The notes: generated by a model not told the origin, from the sequence alone. A DNA stretch of 64,000 nt from Thermodesulfobacteriota bacterium (GCA_025062045.1 JANXAF010000009.1:426-64425); one strand, 5' to 3'; counted from the first letter of the stretch, positions 46,137 through 56,082 are shown. Translations and numbers: made by a program.

Positions 46137-46787
46137 TCAATCCTCTTCTTTCTCTTTTCTCTCCCTTTCTATCTTTTCAGGTTCTTCTGCTTCTGCAGCA
46201 GGAATAGCTTCTTCTACGGTTGGAGGAACTATTGTGACAAGTGCAACTTCTAAGTTTCCAAGTATTCGCACACCGGGTATTTGTATCTCGTTTAAATGTA
46301 TAGAATCTCCGATATCGAGATTGGATATGTCGACATCTATCCTTTCTGGGATCTGGCCTGGCAAACACTCGATTAAGACAGTATGAAGGTGTTGTTCAAT
46401 GACCCCACCTTTTTTAGCACCTATCGAATCACCAACCAGATGGATACCAACTTCGACTTCCACTGGCCTCTCCATAGAGATCTGCAAAAAATCTATGTGG
46501 AGAACCTTATCTCCCAAATAATCCCGCTGAATCTCTTTCACCATAACCGGTCTTTCTTCATAACCGTCGCCACTTTTGAGCCTAAGTGTGGCTATGGTTG
46601 TTCTTTTGAGATTCCTGTGAAATCTGTTCCATTCCCTTAAATCAACAGAAATAGGAATGGGCTCTATATCTTTCCCGTAAACTATAGCAGGGATCTTATT
46701 ATTTGCCCGAAGTCTCCTCGCTGCAGATTTTCCGGTAATCGACCTTCTTTCCGCATTGATATAAATTCCATCCATAGTAACCTCCAA
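46137..46787 (-). CDS. rplY: 50S ribosomal protein L25 / general stress protein Ctc
   Basis: KSAARRLRANNKIPAIVYG, the LHIDF motif and an acidic C-terminal tail. Lies between prs and pth. Confidence 0.9.
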   Translation of the reverse strand: MEVTMDGIYINAERRSITGKSAARRLRANNKIPAIVYGKDIEPIPISVDLREWNRFHRNLKRTTIATLRLKSGDGYEERPVMVKEIQRDYLGDKVLHIDFLQISMERPVEVEVGIHLVGDSIGAKKGGVIEQHLHTVLIECLPGQIPERIDVDISNLDIGDSIHLNEIQIPGVRILGNLEVALVTIVPPTVEEAIPAAEAEEPEKIERERKEKEED

Positions 46788-46795
46788 ACTTTCGC

Positions 46796-47734
46796 CTATA
46801 CAAAAAGGGAACTTACTGATTCGTCATTGTGGATCCGTTTTATGGCCTCCCCAAGTAATGGTGCCACATCCAAAACTTTTATTTTATCCACCGCTTTCGC
46901 CTCTTCAGAAAGTGGGATCGTATTAGTCACTATAAGCTCCTTAAGGGGCGACTCTTTTATCCTTTTCACAGCTGACCCAGAAAGGACAGGATGAGTACAT
47001 GAGGCAAGGACACTTAAAGCTCCGTTATTCATGATTGCTTCTGCCGCCTGAACTATGGTTCCTCCTGTATCTATTATGTCATCTATGAGGATTGCCGTTT
47101 TCCCTTTCACATCGCCAACGAGATGCATGACTTTCGATACGTTTTCTCTCTCCCTCCTTTTATCTATTATAGCTATCGAGGCATCCAACCTTTTTGCAAG
47201 CTCCCTTGCCCTTTCTACCCCTCCGGAATCGGGTGCCACAACCACAGCATTTCCCTTCAGACTTTTTAAATACTCAAGTTGAACTGGCAAAGCGTAAAGA
47301 TGGTCCACAGGGATGTCAAAGAATCCCTGGATCTGCCCCGCATGAAGATCCATAGTCAGAATTCTTGAAGCTCCTGCTACAGTAATTAGATTGGCAACTA
47401 GTCTTGCGCTGATTGCGGTTCTGGGAACAACCTTTCTGTCCTGTCTTGCGTATCCGTAGTAGGGAATCACGACAGTTATTCTCTGAGCCGAGGCCCTCTT
47501 TAGCGCATCAACCATAAGCAGAAGCTCCATCAGATTGTGATTGACCGGGGGGCATGTCGGCTGGACAACAAACGTATCCATGCCTCGAACACTTTCCTCT
47601 ATAACGACATTTACTTCCCCATCACTGAAAGTCGTGACTTTCGCCCTACCCATTTCTACGCCCAAATAGGCACAGATCCTTATCGCAAGATCACGGTTTG
47701 CATTCCCCGAAAATATTTTCAATTTGTCAACCAT
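46796..47734 (-). CDS. prs: Ribose-phosphate pyrophosphokinase
   Basis: [33 protein letters not shown] and [11 protein letters not shown]. Confidence 0.95.
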   Translation of the reverse strand: MVDKLKIFSGNANRDLAIRICAYLGVEMGRAKVTTFSDGEVNVVIEESVRGMDTFVVQPTCPPVNHNLMELLLMVDALKRASAQRITVVIPYYGYARQDRKVVPRTAISARLVANLITVAGASRILTMDLHAGQIQGFFDIPVDHLYALPVQLEYLKSLKGNAVVVAPDSGGVERARELAKRLDASIAIIDKRRERENVSKVMHLVGDVKGKTAILIDDIIDTGGTIVQAAEAIMNNGALSVLASCTHPVLSGSAVKRIKESPLKELIVTNTIPLSEEAKAVDKIKVLDVAPLLGEAIKRIHNDESVSSLFV

Positions 47735-47752
47735 TTATTCCCCCGTAAAAAG

Positions 47753-47824
47753 CTGGGGCGGGAGGATTCGAACCTCCGAATGCGGGCTCCAAAGGCCCGT
47801 GTCTTACCGCTTGACGACGCCCCA
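47753..47824 (-). tRNA. tRNA-Gln (anticodon TTG)
   Basis: Reverse complement TGGGGCGTCGTCAAGCGGTAAGACACGGGCCTTTGGAGCCCGCATTCGGAGGTTCGAATCCTCCCGCCCCAG folds as a cloverleaf. Acceptor TGGGGCG/CGCCCCA, anticodon stem CGGGC/GCCCG with loop CTTTGGA, T arm GGAGG-TTCGAAT-CCTCC. Confidence 0.93.
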
Positions 47825-47999
47825 AATGTCTATCTTTTTCTTTTGGAAAGTCTCTGTCTGTAGTTAAGCGGGAATACCGCTTCCGTGATAGTATTATGCA
47901 CCCTTTTCCGAATAAAAATCACAAAAAGAGCACTATATTTGTCTTCGCCCATGATCCCGCCTTTCCGAAATAGACTTCTGTGAAGAGCTTTTTTTAAAA

Positions 48000-48851
48000 T
48001 CAATCGTTTGTGCTTCTTGCAACAAAGACATTCCCAAAGGATAAAAGATTTTTCGCAGCCCTCTCCGCACTCTCTCTGTCCTCAAAACATCCAAAAACGG
48101 AGGATCCTGAACCTGTCATAGAGACACCTTTGGCTCCCTGAAGTTTTAGCATGTCTTTTATGACCTTTATCGTAGGACATAGTATCGATGCTACCTCTTC
48201 TAAATCGTTTCTCAGGATGCTTGCCACTTCGTCTAATGACTTAATATCGCTTCTCAATTTAATATCATTTTCCCCTTTTGTCAACACGATTTTAAGCCTT
48301 CCATAGACTTCCTTAGTTGAAAGTTCTACCTTTGGATAGACTATCACGTACCATATTTTAGGAAGACTCGCAGGTTCGATCCTATCTCCTATGCCTTTCA
48401 CTATACAAGGTTTTCCATAAATAAAAAGGGGGACATCTGCACCAATTAAAGTTCCAATCCTTAAAAGATCCTTCTCTGAAAGCTTAAGATCCCACAGGGA
48501 TGAAAGGGCCTTGATTACCGTTGCGGCGTTACTACTTGCCCCCCCAAGCCCGCTCCCAAGTGGAATCCTCTTTTCGACCTCTACAAATATACCCCTTTTT
48601 ATCCCCGTAAACTTTCTTACCAAATCGATCGCTTTGTATATAGTGTTTGTAGTTGTTTCGGGCATATGGCCACTTATTCTTTTTACGACCACATTTTCAT
48701 CATCCGTCTCTTTTATGCGAATTACATCATATAAAGAAACTATGTCCACAAGACTCATTATTTCATGATAGCCATCCTCTCGTTTTCTTAGCACCCTAAG
48801 GACTAGATTTATCTTGGCAGGAGAGAGAAAGCACCTTTTGCTATCCATCAA
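48000..48851 (-). CDS. ispE: 4-diphosphocytidyl-2-C-methyl-D-erythritol kinase
   Basis: PAKINLVLRV, the GHMP kinase motif PLGSGLGGASSNAA, and MTGSGSSVFG. Confidence 0.92.
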   Translation of the reverse strand: MMDSKRCFLSPAKINLVLRVLRKREDGYHEIMSLVDIVSLYDVIRIKETDDENVVVKRISGHMPETTTNTIYKAIDLVRKFTGIKRGIFVEVEKRIPLGSGLGGASSNAATVIKALSSLWDLKLSEKDLLRIGTLIGADVPLFIYGKPCIVKGIGDRIEPASLPKIWYVIVYPKVELSTKEVYGRLKIVLTKGENDIKLRSDIKSLDEVASILRNDLEEVASILCPTIKVIKDMLKLQGAKGVSMTGSGSSVFGCFEDRESAERAAKNLLSFGNVFVARSTND

Positions 48852-50329
48852 ACGACTATCTCTATCCTATAATCATCAAAAGCTAAATCAGGCCTCGTAT
48901 AGACGTTTATCTTTTTGCCATACTTGGACTCGAGAAACTCTATGGCCTCTTTTTCTTCCTCATATACGAGGTTTGCAAGCTCAAAAGAGAGATAAACGTT
49001 TAGAGATTTAGCATCTCTTCTTTTGCAGAAGTATTTGAGCTCCCTCAGAAGGGAATAGCAAACGGAATGTGCCGAGTTTACGAACCCAGCGCCCTCGCAA
49101 TGGGGGCACGGGTCAAGTAGCATTCCTATAACATCGTTGCCCGTTCTTTTTCGTGTAAGTTGAACCAGACCAATCTCACTTATTGGATACACGGTCGTTT
49201 TAATCCTGTCCTTTTTTAGAGCTTCGCAGAGAGTGTTGAAAACGAGTTCTCTCGATTCCTTCCTTTCCATGTCTATGAAGTCTATGACGATTATTCCCCC
49301 TATGTTTCGGAGCCTTATCTGATAGGCGATTTCCTTGGCAGCTTCCAAGTTAGTTCTAAGGATTGTGTCTTCGAGATCCTTTTTCCCCAAGTATTTGCCC
49401 GTGTTAACGTCAATCACTGTTAATGCCTCGGTATAATCAAAGACAATATAGCCACCTGACTTGAGATACACTCTTTTTTGCTTGATCTTACCAATCTCCA
49501 TCTCAATTCCCATTGCCTCGAAAACCGGTTCATCCCCGTCGTAAGGAATCACCTCGCATTCGAGATCTGGAAGGTAAGACTTAAGAAAATCTTTAACCGC
49601 GGTGTAAAGGGAAAGGTCATCAATCACAATCTTACGGAGATTATGGCCATATAGGTCCCTTATTACCCTGAAGACAAGCCCCATATCCTCATAAAGAAGC
49701 TTAGGTGCATGAACTTTTTCCGCTTTTTCGACTACACCCTTCCATATCCGCATAAGGAAATTTAGATCTTCCTCCAGATCTTCCTTGCTTTTTCCTTCAG
49801 AGGCAGTTCTAGCAATGAGACCAAAGCCCCTGGGACATATTTCTTTCAGAAGCTGATAAAGTCTTTTTTTTTCACTCTCGTTCTGTATCCTCCTTGAGAC
49901 ACCGATATGAGTGGATGCTGGCATAAGAACCAAAAGTCTTCCTGGCAAAGTTATCTTCGATGTCACCCTGGTTCCCTTGTTCCCAAAAGGTCCGCGAGAT
50001 ACTTGAACCATTAGCTCCTGTCCTTCCTCAAGGACCCCCTCTATTCTATCTTTTTGGTCTGCGACGTAACTGGTATCCTCAAATTCTTCGTATGTCCCAG
50101 GGTCAATAACTACATCTTTCACGTAAAGGAATGAAGGTCTTTCGAGTCCTATATCAACAAAAGCCGCATCCATTCCAGGAAGAACCTTAGTTACTTTCCC
50201 CTTGTAAATGTTACCTATGATCCCTTTCTCATTCTTCCTTTCTATAAAGAACTCCACGAGTGTCCCATTTTCAAGGAGGGCAATCCTTGTCTCACTGAAC
50301 GTGACATTTATGATCAGTTCGGAAAGCAC
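48848..50329 (-). CDS. rng: Ribonuclease G (RNase E/G family)
   Basis: S1 domain (GNIYKGKVTKVLPGMDAAFVDIG), then the catalytic core (IVFDYTEALTVIDVNTGKY, GGIIVIDFIDM) and a CPHCEG zinc link. Confidence 0.9.
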   Translation of the reverse strand: MLSELIINVTFSETRIALLENGTLVEFFIERKNEKGIIGNIYKGKVTKVLPGMDAAFVDIGLERPSFLYVKDVVIDPGTYEEFEDTSYVADQKDRIEGVLEEGQELMVQVSRGPFGNKGTRVTSKITLPGRLLVLMPASTHIGVSRRIQNESEKKRLYQLLKEICPRGFGLIARTASEGKSKEDLEEDLNFLMRIWKGVVEKAEKVHAPKLLYEDMGLVFRVIRDLYGHNLRKIVIDDLSLYTAVKDFLKSYLPDLECEVIPYDGDEPVFEAMGIEMEIGKIKQKRVYLKSGGYIVFDYTEALTVIDVNTGKYLGKKDLEDTILRTNLEAAKEIAYQIRLRNIGGIIVIDFIDMERKESRELVFNTLCEALKKDRIKTTVYPISEIGLVQLTRKRTGNDVIGMLLDPCPHCEGAGFVNSAHSVCYSLLRELKYFCKRRDAKSLNVYLSFELANLVYEEEKEAIEFLESKYGKKINVYTRPDLAFDDYRIEIVV

Positions 50330-52589
50330 GTACCTTCTCCTCTCTAATCTTTATTACCCTTTCCAATCCTTCGCTTCTTAAGAGTTCCTTTAAATTTCTC
50401 CCCTCAAATAAGAAAAAGATTTTCCCATTTCTTTCCTTTAACGGAGTGAGGTTTTTCCCATTCAAATCCCTCTTTCCGACAACGAGAACTGTCACCGGCA
50501 ATTGAGACGGAAAGTCACCTCGGAATATCTCAAAAACCTTCATACCTTTTGGTAATGCAAGATTGATATCCGAGAGAACACGTTTAAGATCGTAATCTAG
50601 GTTCATGACTTCTGCTGTTAAATACTCACAGGTACTCTCAATTCCTAATGGGATTGCCTCTGACACGGATATCTTTGGCAAAGGATGATATTTACCGTGG
50701 TACTTAAAAACTAACCCCGAAACTCTCATGGCTCTAATTAGACATCTTACGGTATCGAGATGCCCTATGTATCTTGACCTTCCCAGTTTTCCGAACCGCA
50801 GCGTAATTTTTGTTGTGCCTAGGCTCTCCAAAGCTGGGATGGATTGCAGACACTCTTTGGATTCTTTTGGTTTGACTTTTATTCTTTTAATGCAGGATAT
50901 ACCACAGGAAGAACAGCTGTTTTGGCAGGCAACGGTCATTGTCCCTAATTTGGCTCTTTCTTTTTCTTCCAAAAGAAACTTCCTTTCGACTCCCGAGTCG
51001 ATGAAGTCCCACGGGAGAGGGTCAGTCTCTTTTCTCCCACCTAGATACGATTTCATATCGAGACTTTCCATGGCGAACCATTCGACGTATTTTTGAAAAT
51101 CGAAAAACTCTCGCCACGCTTCAAACTTGACGTTTTTCTCTCTAAGATAAACAAAGAGGTCTGCGATCCTTCGATCGCCCCTAGAGATGATGGCCTCGGC
51201 CATAGCCTGCCTGATGTCTCTATATTTGAGTTTTACATTTTTCGTCCTAAGGATACCTTTTATAAAAGTTACTTTTTCTTTTAGGGTTTTCTCATCATCC
51301 ATGCCAAAATATTGAAAAGGAGTGTGAGGTTTCGGGATAAAGGGCGAGAGAGCTACGTGGACGTCAATCCCTTCTCTGATTATAGGCTCAAGAAAAATCT
51401 TAAGCTCTGCCAGGTCTTCTTCGGTTTCATAGGGCAAGCCAATCATCATATACACCTTAAGATGTCTCCATCCGCATCTTTTCAAAAGAGAAATCTGTCT
51501 ATGCAAGGCCTCCACATCGATGTCCTTATTTATTATGCTTCTTAACCTCTCGGAGGGAGTCTCTAAAGCAAAAGTAAAACCTGTTCTCGATATGCTTCCT
51601 ATAAGTTCGATCTCTTTTTGTGAGAGTGTACCGATCCTTATGGAAGGCAAAGAGACGGAAACTCCGGGATGACACTCCTTTATGTACCTTATGAGCTCAA
51701 AAAGCTCCGGATGGTCTCCGGAACTTAATGACAGAAAAGAAACTTCCTCGTATCCAGTCGCTTTTAAAGCTTGATCTATTATACCTTTAAGAGACTCCAA
51801 ACTCCTCTCCCTATAAGGCCTGTAGACGTAGCCCGCAAGACAAAAACGGCAGCCATTTCCGCACCCTCTCGAAATCTCTATATTTAGCCTGTCATGGATA
51901 CTACCAACGGTGGGGATAGGCGGCCGCACAGGATGAAAAGAATCATTTAGATTCTTAACGTACACTCTTTTTACTCTAGTTTTTGGAAATAATGGCGAGT
52001 AGACACCTTCCATCCTTGATAGTTCTTTTAAAGTCTCATACCTATTTTGCCCTTTTAACTCCTTAAGTCTCTCTAAAAGTTCTGTGAGGATCGCCTCACC
52101 TTCTCCGATTACGATTAGGTCAAAGAAAGGTTCATAGGGACATGGGTTCATCATGACAGGCCCGCCACCTAGGACAATCGGCCCTTTCTCTCTTTTTTCG
52201 GCAAATTTCTCAATGCCTCCGAGCTCCATCATGTATAGAACGTTTGTGAAGTTAAGCTCATAAGTCAGGGAAAAACCAACAACGTCCATCTCGAAAAGGG
52301 GAGTTTTCGACTCAAGGGTTACAAGTTTTCTTGTGGATGCCCCAATATACTCGCCCATATCAGCCCAGGGGGCAAAACATCTCTCACACCACACATCTTC
52401 GAACTTATTCATAAATTCGTAGAGGAGAAAATATCCGTAGTAAGACATTCCGATCTCATATATGTCGGGATAGCAAAGAGCCACCCTGAGTTTTACCTTT
52501 CTGGGATCCTTAAAAACTGCATTCTTTTCGATGCCTAGGTACCTTGCGGGCTTTGAGATAGAAAAAGGAATATGATTCTCAGTAGCCAT
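50292..52589 (-). CDS. B12-binding-domain radical SAM protein fused to a DUF2344 (radical SAM-linked) domain
   Basis: N-terminus KPARYLGIEKN...LCYPDIYEIGMSYYGYFLLY, radical SAM site SRGCGNGCRFC, and a C-terminal ~200 aa (RFGKLGRSRYIGHLDTVRCLIRAMRVSGL...HPLPKISVSEAIPLGIES) resembling DUF2344. 765 aa. Confidence 0.8.
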   Translation of the reverse strand: MATENHIPFSISKPARYLGIEKNAVFKDPRKVKLRVALCYPDIYEIGMSYYGYFLLYEFMNKFEDVWCERCFAPWADMGEYIGASTRKLVTLESKTPLFEMDVVGFSLTYELNFTNVLYMMELGGIEKFAEKREKGPIVLGGGPVMMNPCPYEPFFDLIVIGEGEAILTELLERLKELKGQNRYETLKELSRMEGVYSPLFPKTRVKRVYVKNLNDSFHPVRPPIPTVGSIHDRLNIEISRGCGNGCRFCLAGYVYRPYRERSLESLKGIIDQALKATGYEEVSFLSLSSGDHPELFELIRYIKECHPGVSVSLPSIRIGTLSQKEIELIGSISRTGFTFALETPSERLRSIINKDIDVEALHRQISLLKRCGWRHLKVYMMIGLPYETEEDLAELKIFLEPIIREGIDVHVALSPFIPKPHTPFQYFGMDDEKTLKEKVTFIKGILRTKNVKLKYRDIRQAMAEAIISRGDRRIADLFVYLREKNVKFEAWREFFDFQKYVEWFAMESLDMKSYLGGRKETDPLPWDFIDSGVERKFLLEEKERAKLGTMTVACQNSCSSCGISCIKRIKVKPKESKECLQSIPALESLGTTKITLRFGKLGRSRYIGHLDTVRCLIRAMRVSGLVFKYHGKYHPLPKISVSEAIPLGIESTCEYLTAEVMNLDYDLKRVLSDINLALPKGMKVFEIFRGDFPSQLPVTVLVVGKRDLNGKNLTPLKERNGKIFFLFEGRNLKELLRSEGLERVIKIREEKVRAFRTDHKCHVQ

Positions 52590-53940
52590 ACTCTTTCATT
52601 ATCTTCATTAAGTCTTCCCTGACCATCTCCTCTATTCTTTCGAGCGATTCTTTGCTTTGTGCCTCAAATCTTAAGACTATTACTGGTTGTGTGTTAGATG
52701 GCCTTGCAAGGCCCCAACCATCTTTAAAAACGACTCTTACACCATCGATGTCTATCGTTTCAAACTTCTCCCTGTAGAGCTCCTTGAGACGCTCAATTAC
52801 GGAAAACTTGATTTCGTCAGGACAGTCGATCCTTATTTCAGGAGTAGCATACATTTTTGGAAGATCTGACAAAAGTTCAGACAAGGGTCTTCCCTCTTTC
52901 TCAAGCACTTCCAAAAGTCTCAGGGACGCGTATATTGCATCGTCGTAGCCGAAATACCTGTCAGCAAAAAAAAGGTGTCCACTCATCTCACCGGCAAGGA
53001 CTGCGCCACTCTCCTGCATCTTCTGCTTTATTAAGGAATGGCCGGCCTTCCACATAATAGCTTTGCCTCCGTGTCTTTCTATATCTGCAAATAGGTTACT
53101 TGAGCACTTTACTTCAGACACAAAATAAGCTCCTTTTTTTTCTTTTAAGATATCCCTCGCAAAAATAATCATCAAATAGTCTCCCCAGATGATATTTCCT
53201 CTCTCATCAACAACACCGATCCTGTCCGCGTCTCCATCGAACCCTATCCCACAATCTGCACCCTTTTCCACCACTGTCTTTTTCAAAGTCTCCATGTAGC
53301 TTTCTATCGTGGGATCTGGGAAATGGTTTGGGAATCTGCCGTCCATTTCGCAAAAGAGTTCGATTACTTCCTGACCAAACTCCTTCATAATGGGGCACGC
53401 GACGTATCCACCAGTTCCATTTCCAGCATCAACTACAACTTTAAATCTTTTCGATAACTTTATGTTTTTCCTCATGAAATCTTGATAATCATCAATGATT
53501 TTTTCGTATGTTGTCAAAGTTCCCTCTCCCTTTACGAACCTCTTTTCATCTATTATCTGGCCAATGTATTTTATCTTTTCCCCAAATATGGTCGATTTCC
53601 CTAAAGCGATCTTAAAGCCATTGTATTCGGGAGGGTTATGGCTTCCTGTAACCATAATCCCACCTTCTACATCCAAGTTAAAGAGGGAAAAGTAAAAAAC
53701 GGGTGTTGGGACCACCCCGAGATCGACAACTTCTAGACCACCTTCCACCATACCCCGTACCAGAAGGTCTCTATAGTGTTTTGATGTTAGCCTGCAATCC
53801 CTGCCGATAGAAGCCTTTTTTCTTTTTTCCTCTTGCATCAAAGTCGCAAAAGCCCTGCCTATGTAAAGGACTGTTTCATCAGTTAGGTCTTTCTCAACGT
53901 GACCTCTTATATCGTACTCTCGCAAAATTGCCTTATTCAT
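52579..53940 (-). CDS. Phosphomannomutase/phosphoglucomutase
   Basis: Active-site loop GIMVTGSHNPPEYNGFK, metal loop GFDGDADR, and GEMSGH. 453 aa. Confidence 0.92.
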   Translation of the reverse strand: MNKAILREYDIRGHVEKDLTDETVLYIGRAFATLMQEEKRKKASIGRDCRLTSKHYRDLLVRGMVEGGLEVVDLGVVPTPVFYFSLFNLDVEGGIMVTGSHNPPEYNGFKIALGKSTIFGEKIKYIGQIIDEKRFVKGEGTLTTYEKIIDDYQDFMRKNIKLSKRFKVVVDAGNGTGGYVACPIMKEFGQEVIELFCEMDGRFPNHFPDPTIESYMETLKKTVVEKGADCGIGFDGDADRIGVVDERGNIIWGDYLMIIFARDILKEKKGAYFVSEVKCSSNLFADIERHGGKAIMWKAGHSLIKQKMQESGAVLAGEMSGHLFFADRYFGYDDAIYASLRLLEVLEKEGRPLSELLSDLPKMYATPEIRIDCPDEIKFSVIERLKELYREKFETIDIDGVRVVFKDGWGLARPSNTQPVIVLRFEAQSKESLERIEEMVREDLMKIMKEYGY

Positions 53941-54054
53941 AGGAAATCCTTCTTTCAGCCTTCGTTTTGGCTGAAGTTGGGGTACTTGTTATCCGCCTTT
54001 CTTGCCGTACCCAAGCCCCAACAGGCGGTATTTGGGTACCTCGAAATTATAGCA
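53941..54054 (-). promoter_or_regulatory. Extended -10 promoter (TGcTATAAT) plus a ~100-nt structured 5' leader upstream of the phosphomannomutase gene
   Basis: On the minus strand, TGCTATAAT sits at 54054-54046. The leader carries four mutually complementary segments: GGUACCCAA, GUUGGGG, CUUGGGUAC and GUACCCCAAC. It also has a CCGCC/GGCGG pair and a 7-bp hairpin, UUCAGCC-N8-GGCUGAA (53975-53954), abutting the GAAGGA SD. Confidence 0.45.
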
Positions 54055-54066
54055 CATTTTCTTTTT

Positions 54067-54831
54067 TCACTTCCGTCTAAGGATTGACATGAGCACAAGA
54101 CCAGAGATTATCATGATGATACTTAGGGCCTGTCCCTTCGTTATTACACCAAAAACGAAACCGTCCGGTTCCCTAAAAAATTCGCAGAATATCCGGAATA
54201 TTCCGTATAGAACGAGAAAAAGAGTAAAAAGTTCCCCTTCGTACCTTTTTCTTTCACGGTAAAACCATAGTATTAGAAAAAGGACAAGCCCTTCAAGGAA
54301 AGCCTCGTAAAGCTGGGAGGGATGTCTGGGAAGATGACCGCCATAAGGAAAGACCATCGCCCAGGGAAGATCCGTTACCCTTCCGTAAAGTTCCCCATTT
54401 ATAAAATTTCCGATCCGGCCCAAGCCGATCCCAATGGGCGATGAGACCACTATAATATCTGCCACCGAAAAAAATGGGATCTTCGTTTTTTTTGCGAAAA
54501 CGTATCCAAAAACTATGCATCCTATTAGACCCCCGTGGAATGACATCCCCCCGTGCCAGAGCATAAAGATCTCAATCGGATTTTCAAGGTAGTAATCCAT
54601 GTTGTATATGAGCACATATCCAAGTCTGGCACCTACAACCAACCCCAAAATCAGATAAAAATAGAGATCATCGACGATTTCCCTTTTTAACCAGCTATAT
54701 CTCCTCTTTATTTGATAGAGCGTGAGTAAATAGGAGGTTAAAAAACCGATCAAATACATAAGACCGTACCATCTAAGAGCTATAGGACCGATCCTAAAGA
54801 TTTCAGGATCTATCTCAGGGTATTTTATCAA
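54067..54831 (-). CDS. lgt: Prolipoprotein diacylglyceryl transferase
   Basis: IRWYGLMYLIGF, HGGMSFHGGLIG, GRIGNFINGELYGR and HPSQLYEA motifs. Confidence 0.93.
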   Translation of the reverse strand: MIKYPEIDPEIFRIGPIALRWYGLMYLIGFLTSYLLTLYQIKRRYSWLKREIVDDLYFYLILGLVVGARLGYVLIYNMDYYLENPIEIFMLWHGGMSFHGGLIGCIVFGYVFAKKTKIPFFSVADIIVVSSPIGIGLGRIGNFINGELYGRVTDLPWAMVFPYGGHLPRHPSQLYEAFLEGLVLFLILWFYRERKRYEGELFTLFLVLYGIFRIFCEFFREPDGFVFGVITKGQALSIIMIISGLVLMSILRRK

Positions 54832-55454
54832 TCGATATGTACCCCGTTCTGTCTTATGAAGTCCTTTAAAGATCCTGCATCGCTAAATACGACAGCCTTC
54901 ATCCCTAGCTCGGAAGCCGCTTTAACGTATCGAGGGATGTCGTCGACGTAAAGAATTTCATGAGGGGAAAAACTCACATTCTCAAATATGGCCTCATATA
55001 TGGCCCTTTTGGGCTTTTTGGCTCCTATTTCATACGAGAGTATCCATCTGTCCATGAGGTGAACAACTGGATACTTTGCCTTTATGTAGGAAAAGTGGAG
55101 TTCATTTGTATTGCTTAGAAGAAAGAGTGGAAAGCCTTTTAATTTTAAGGCGTGTATTATCTCCTTTACCTCTTCGTTTTCCTGAAATATTGGATTCCAA
55201 ACTTCTTTGAACTCTTCGAAACTCAGCTCTAGCTTAAACCTTTCCTTTATGAGGAGGAAAAAATCCCAAGACGACATCTTTCCCTCTTCATAAGAATTCA
55301 CAAGCCCATCTTCGTGAGCGAAAAGGAAATTGAATATTTCCTTCGGGGTTAGAGTATTACGGAGCAAAGATTTTTCATAAAGCTTATCCGCAATCTGAGT
55401 GTGTTCGAAAGGAAGGATCACCCCGCCGAGATCAAAAACAAAAAGCCTTATCAT
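54828..55454 (-). CDS. HAD-superfamily hydrolase
   Basis: Motif [16 protein letters not shown] (motif II region) and the YVDDIP acidic motif. 4-nt overlap with lgt. Confidence 0.8.
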   Translation of the reverse strand: MIRLFVFDLGGVILPFEHTQIADKLYEKSLLRNTLTPKEIFNFLFAHEDGLVNSYEEGKMSSWDFFLLIKERFKLELSFEEFKEVWNPIFQENEEVKEIIHALKLKGFPLFLLSNTNELHFSYIKAKYPVVHLMDRWILSYEIGAKKPKRAIYEAIFENVSFSPHEILYVDDIPRYVKAASELGMKAVVFSDAGSLKDFIRQNGVHID

Positions 55455-56082
55455 AAACGTAGATCTTTTTTGGGTTGAGCCTCGAAAAGTAACCGTATTC
55501 GTCTATGAGGTGTCTCCAGCCGCATATGTGAACGATCCTCTTTCCCTCATTTTCCCTCATTATCCTTTCTATTAACCTGGAAGCGTACTCGTCTCTCACT
55601 TTCATCTCATTCGAATAGCTAAAAAGTTTAAGGTTTTTTGAAAAGTAAGCATCTGCAATTTTTTTTTCAGTATATTTCCTTTCTTGATAACTGAAAGTCC
55701 TTACACCTTCGGCGTTTTTTTCGGTCAGTAATTCAAGTGCTGATCTTAAGTGAAAAAAGGAGAAAAAGTCCATGTCAGCAAAGTATACCGGTACGCCTGT
55801 TCTCTTAGAGTAATTTTTAGCGACCTCATATTCGTATGGGATTGAGAAGAATTCTATAATAGCATCAGCATGGCCCCATCGGTAAATCTTTGCCAGCTTT
55901 CTTTTTATCCTTTGAAAGTTTCTCTTTCTGAAGTTGAGCCCGAAATTTGTAAACTCGAGAGTTATTATGTCAGGCTTTATCTCTTTTAGAATCTTCTCTA
56001 AACGGTCCTTAGCTTCTCTGTCCCTGTGGATAATACCGACCATGAAAAACATACTATGAGCCATTTTTAGAGGCTCCCACAA
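55432..56082 (-). CDS. Hypothetical protein, possibly TraB/GumN-family-like (start uncertain)
   Basis: [22 protein letters not shown] near the N-terminus and [11 protein letters not shown] near the C-terminus loosely recall the TraB/GumN pattern. Alternative ATGs at 56064 and 56052. Overlaps both neighbours. Confidence 0.4.
   Translation of the reverse strand: MWEPLKMAHSMFFMVGIIHRDREAKDRLEKILKEIKPDIITLEFTNFGLNFRKRNFQRIKRKLAKIYRWGHADAIIEFFSIPYEYEVAKNYSKRTGVPVYFADMDFFSFFHLRSALELLTEKNAEGVRTFSYQERKYTEKKIADAYFSKNLKLFSYSNEMKVRDEYASRLIERIMRENEGKRIVHICGWRHLIDEYGYFSRLNPKKIYVYDKAFCF

Noticed and set aside
47860-47900. Possible promoter for tRNA-Gln/prs (minus strand TTGTGA ... CATAAT)
   Set aside because: The spacing between the -35-like and -10-like hexamers is about 20 nt, and the TG is not correctly placed for an extended -10 element. 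It is not convincing.
47830-47952. 40-codon minus-strand ORF (MGEDKYSALFVIFIRKRVHNT...KRKR) between ispE and tRNA-Gln
   Set aside because: It is short, has only a marginal SD (GGAAAGG), no recognisable features, and ends 5 nt before the tRNA. There is no way to support it without conservation or translation data.
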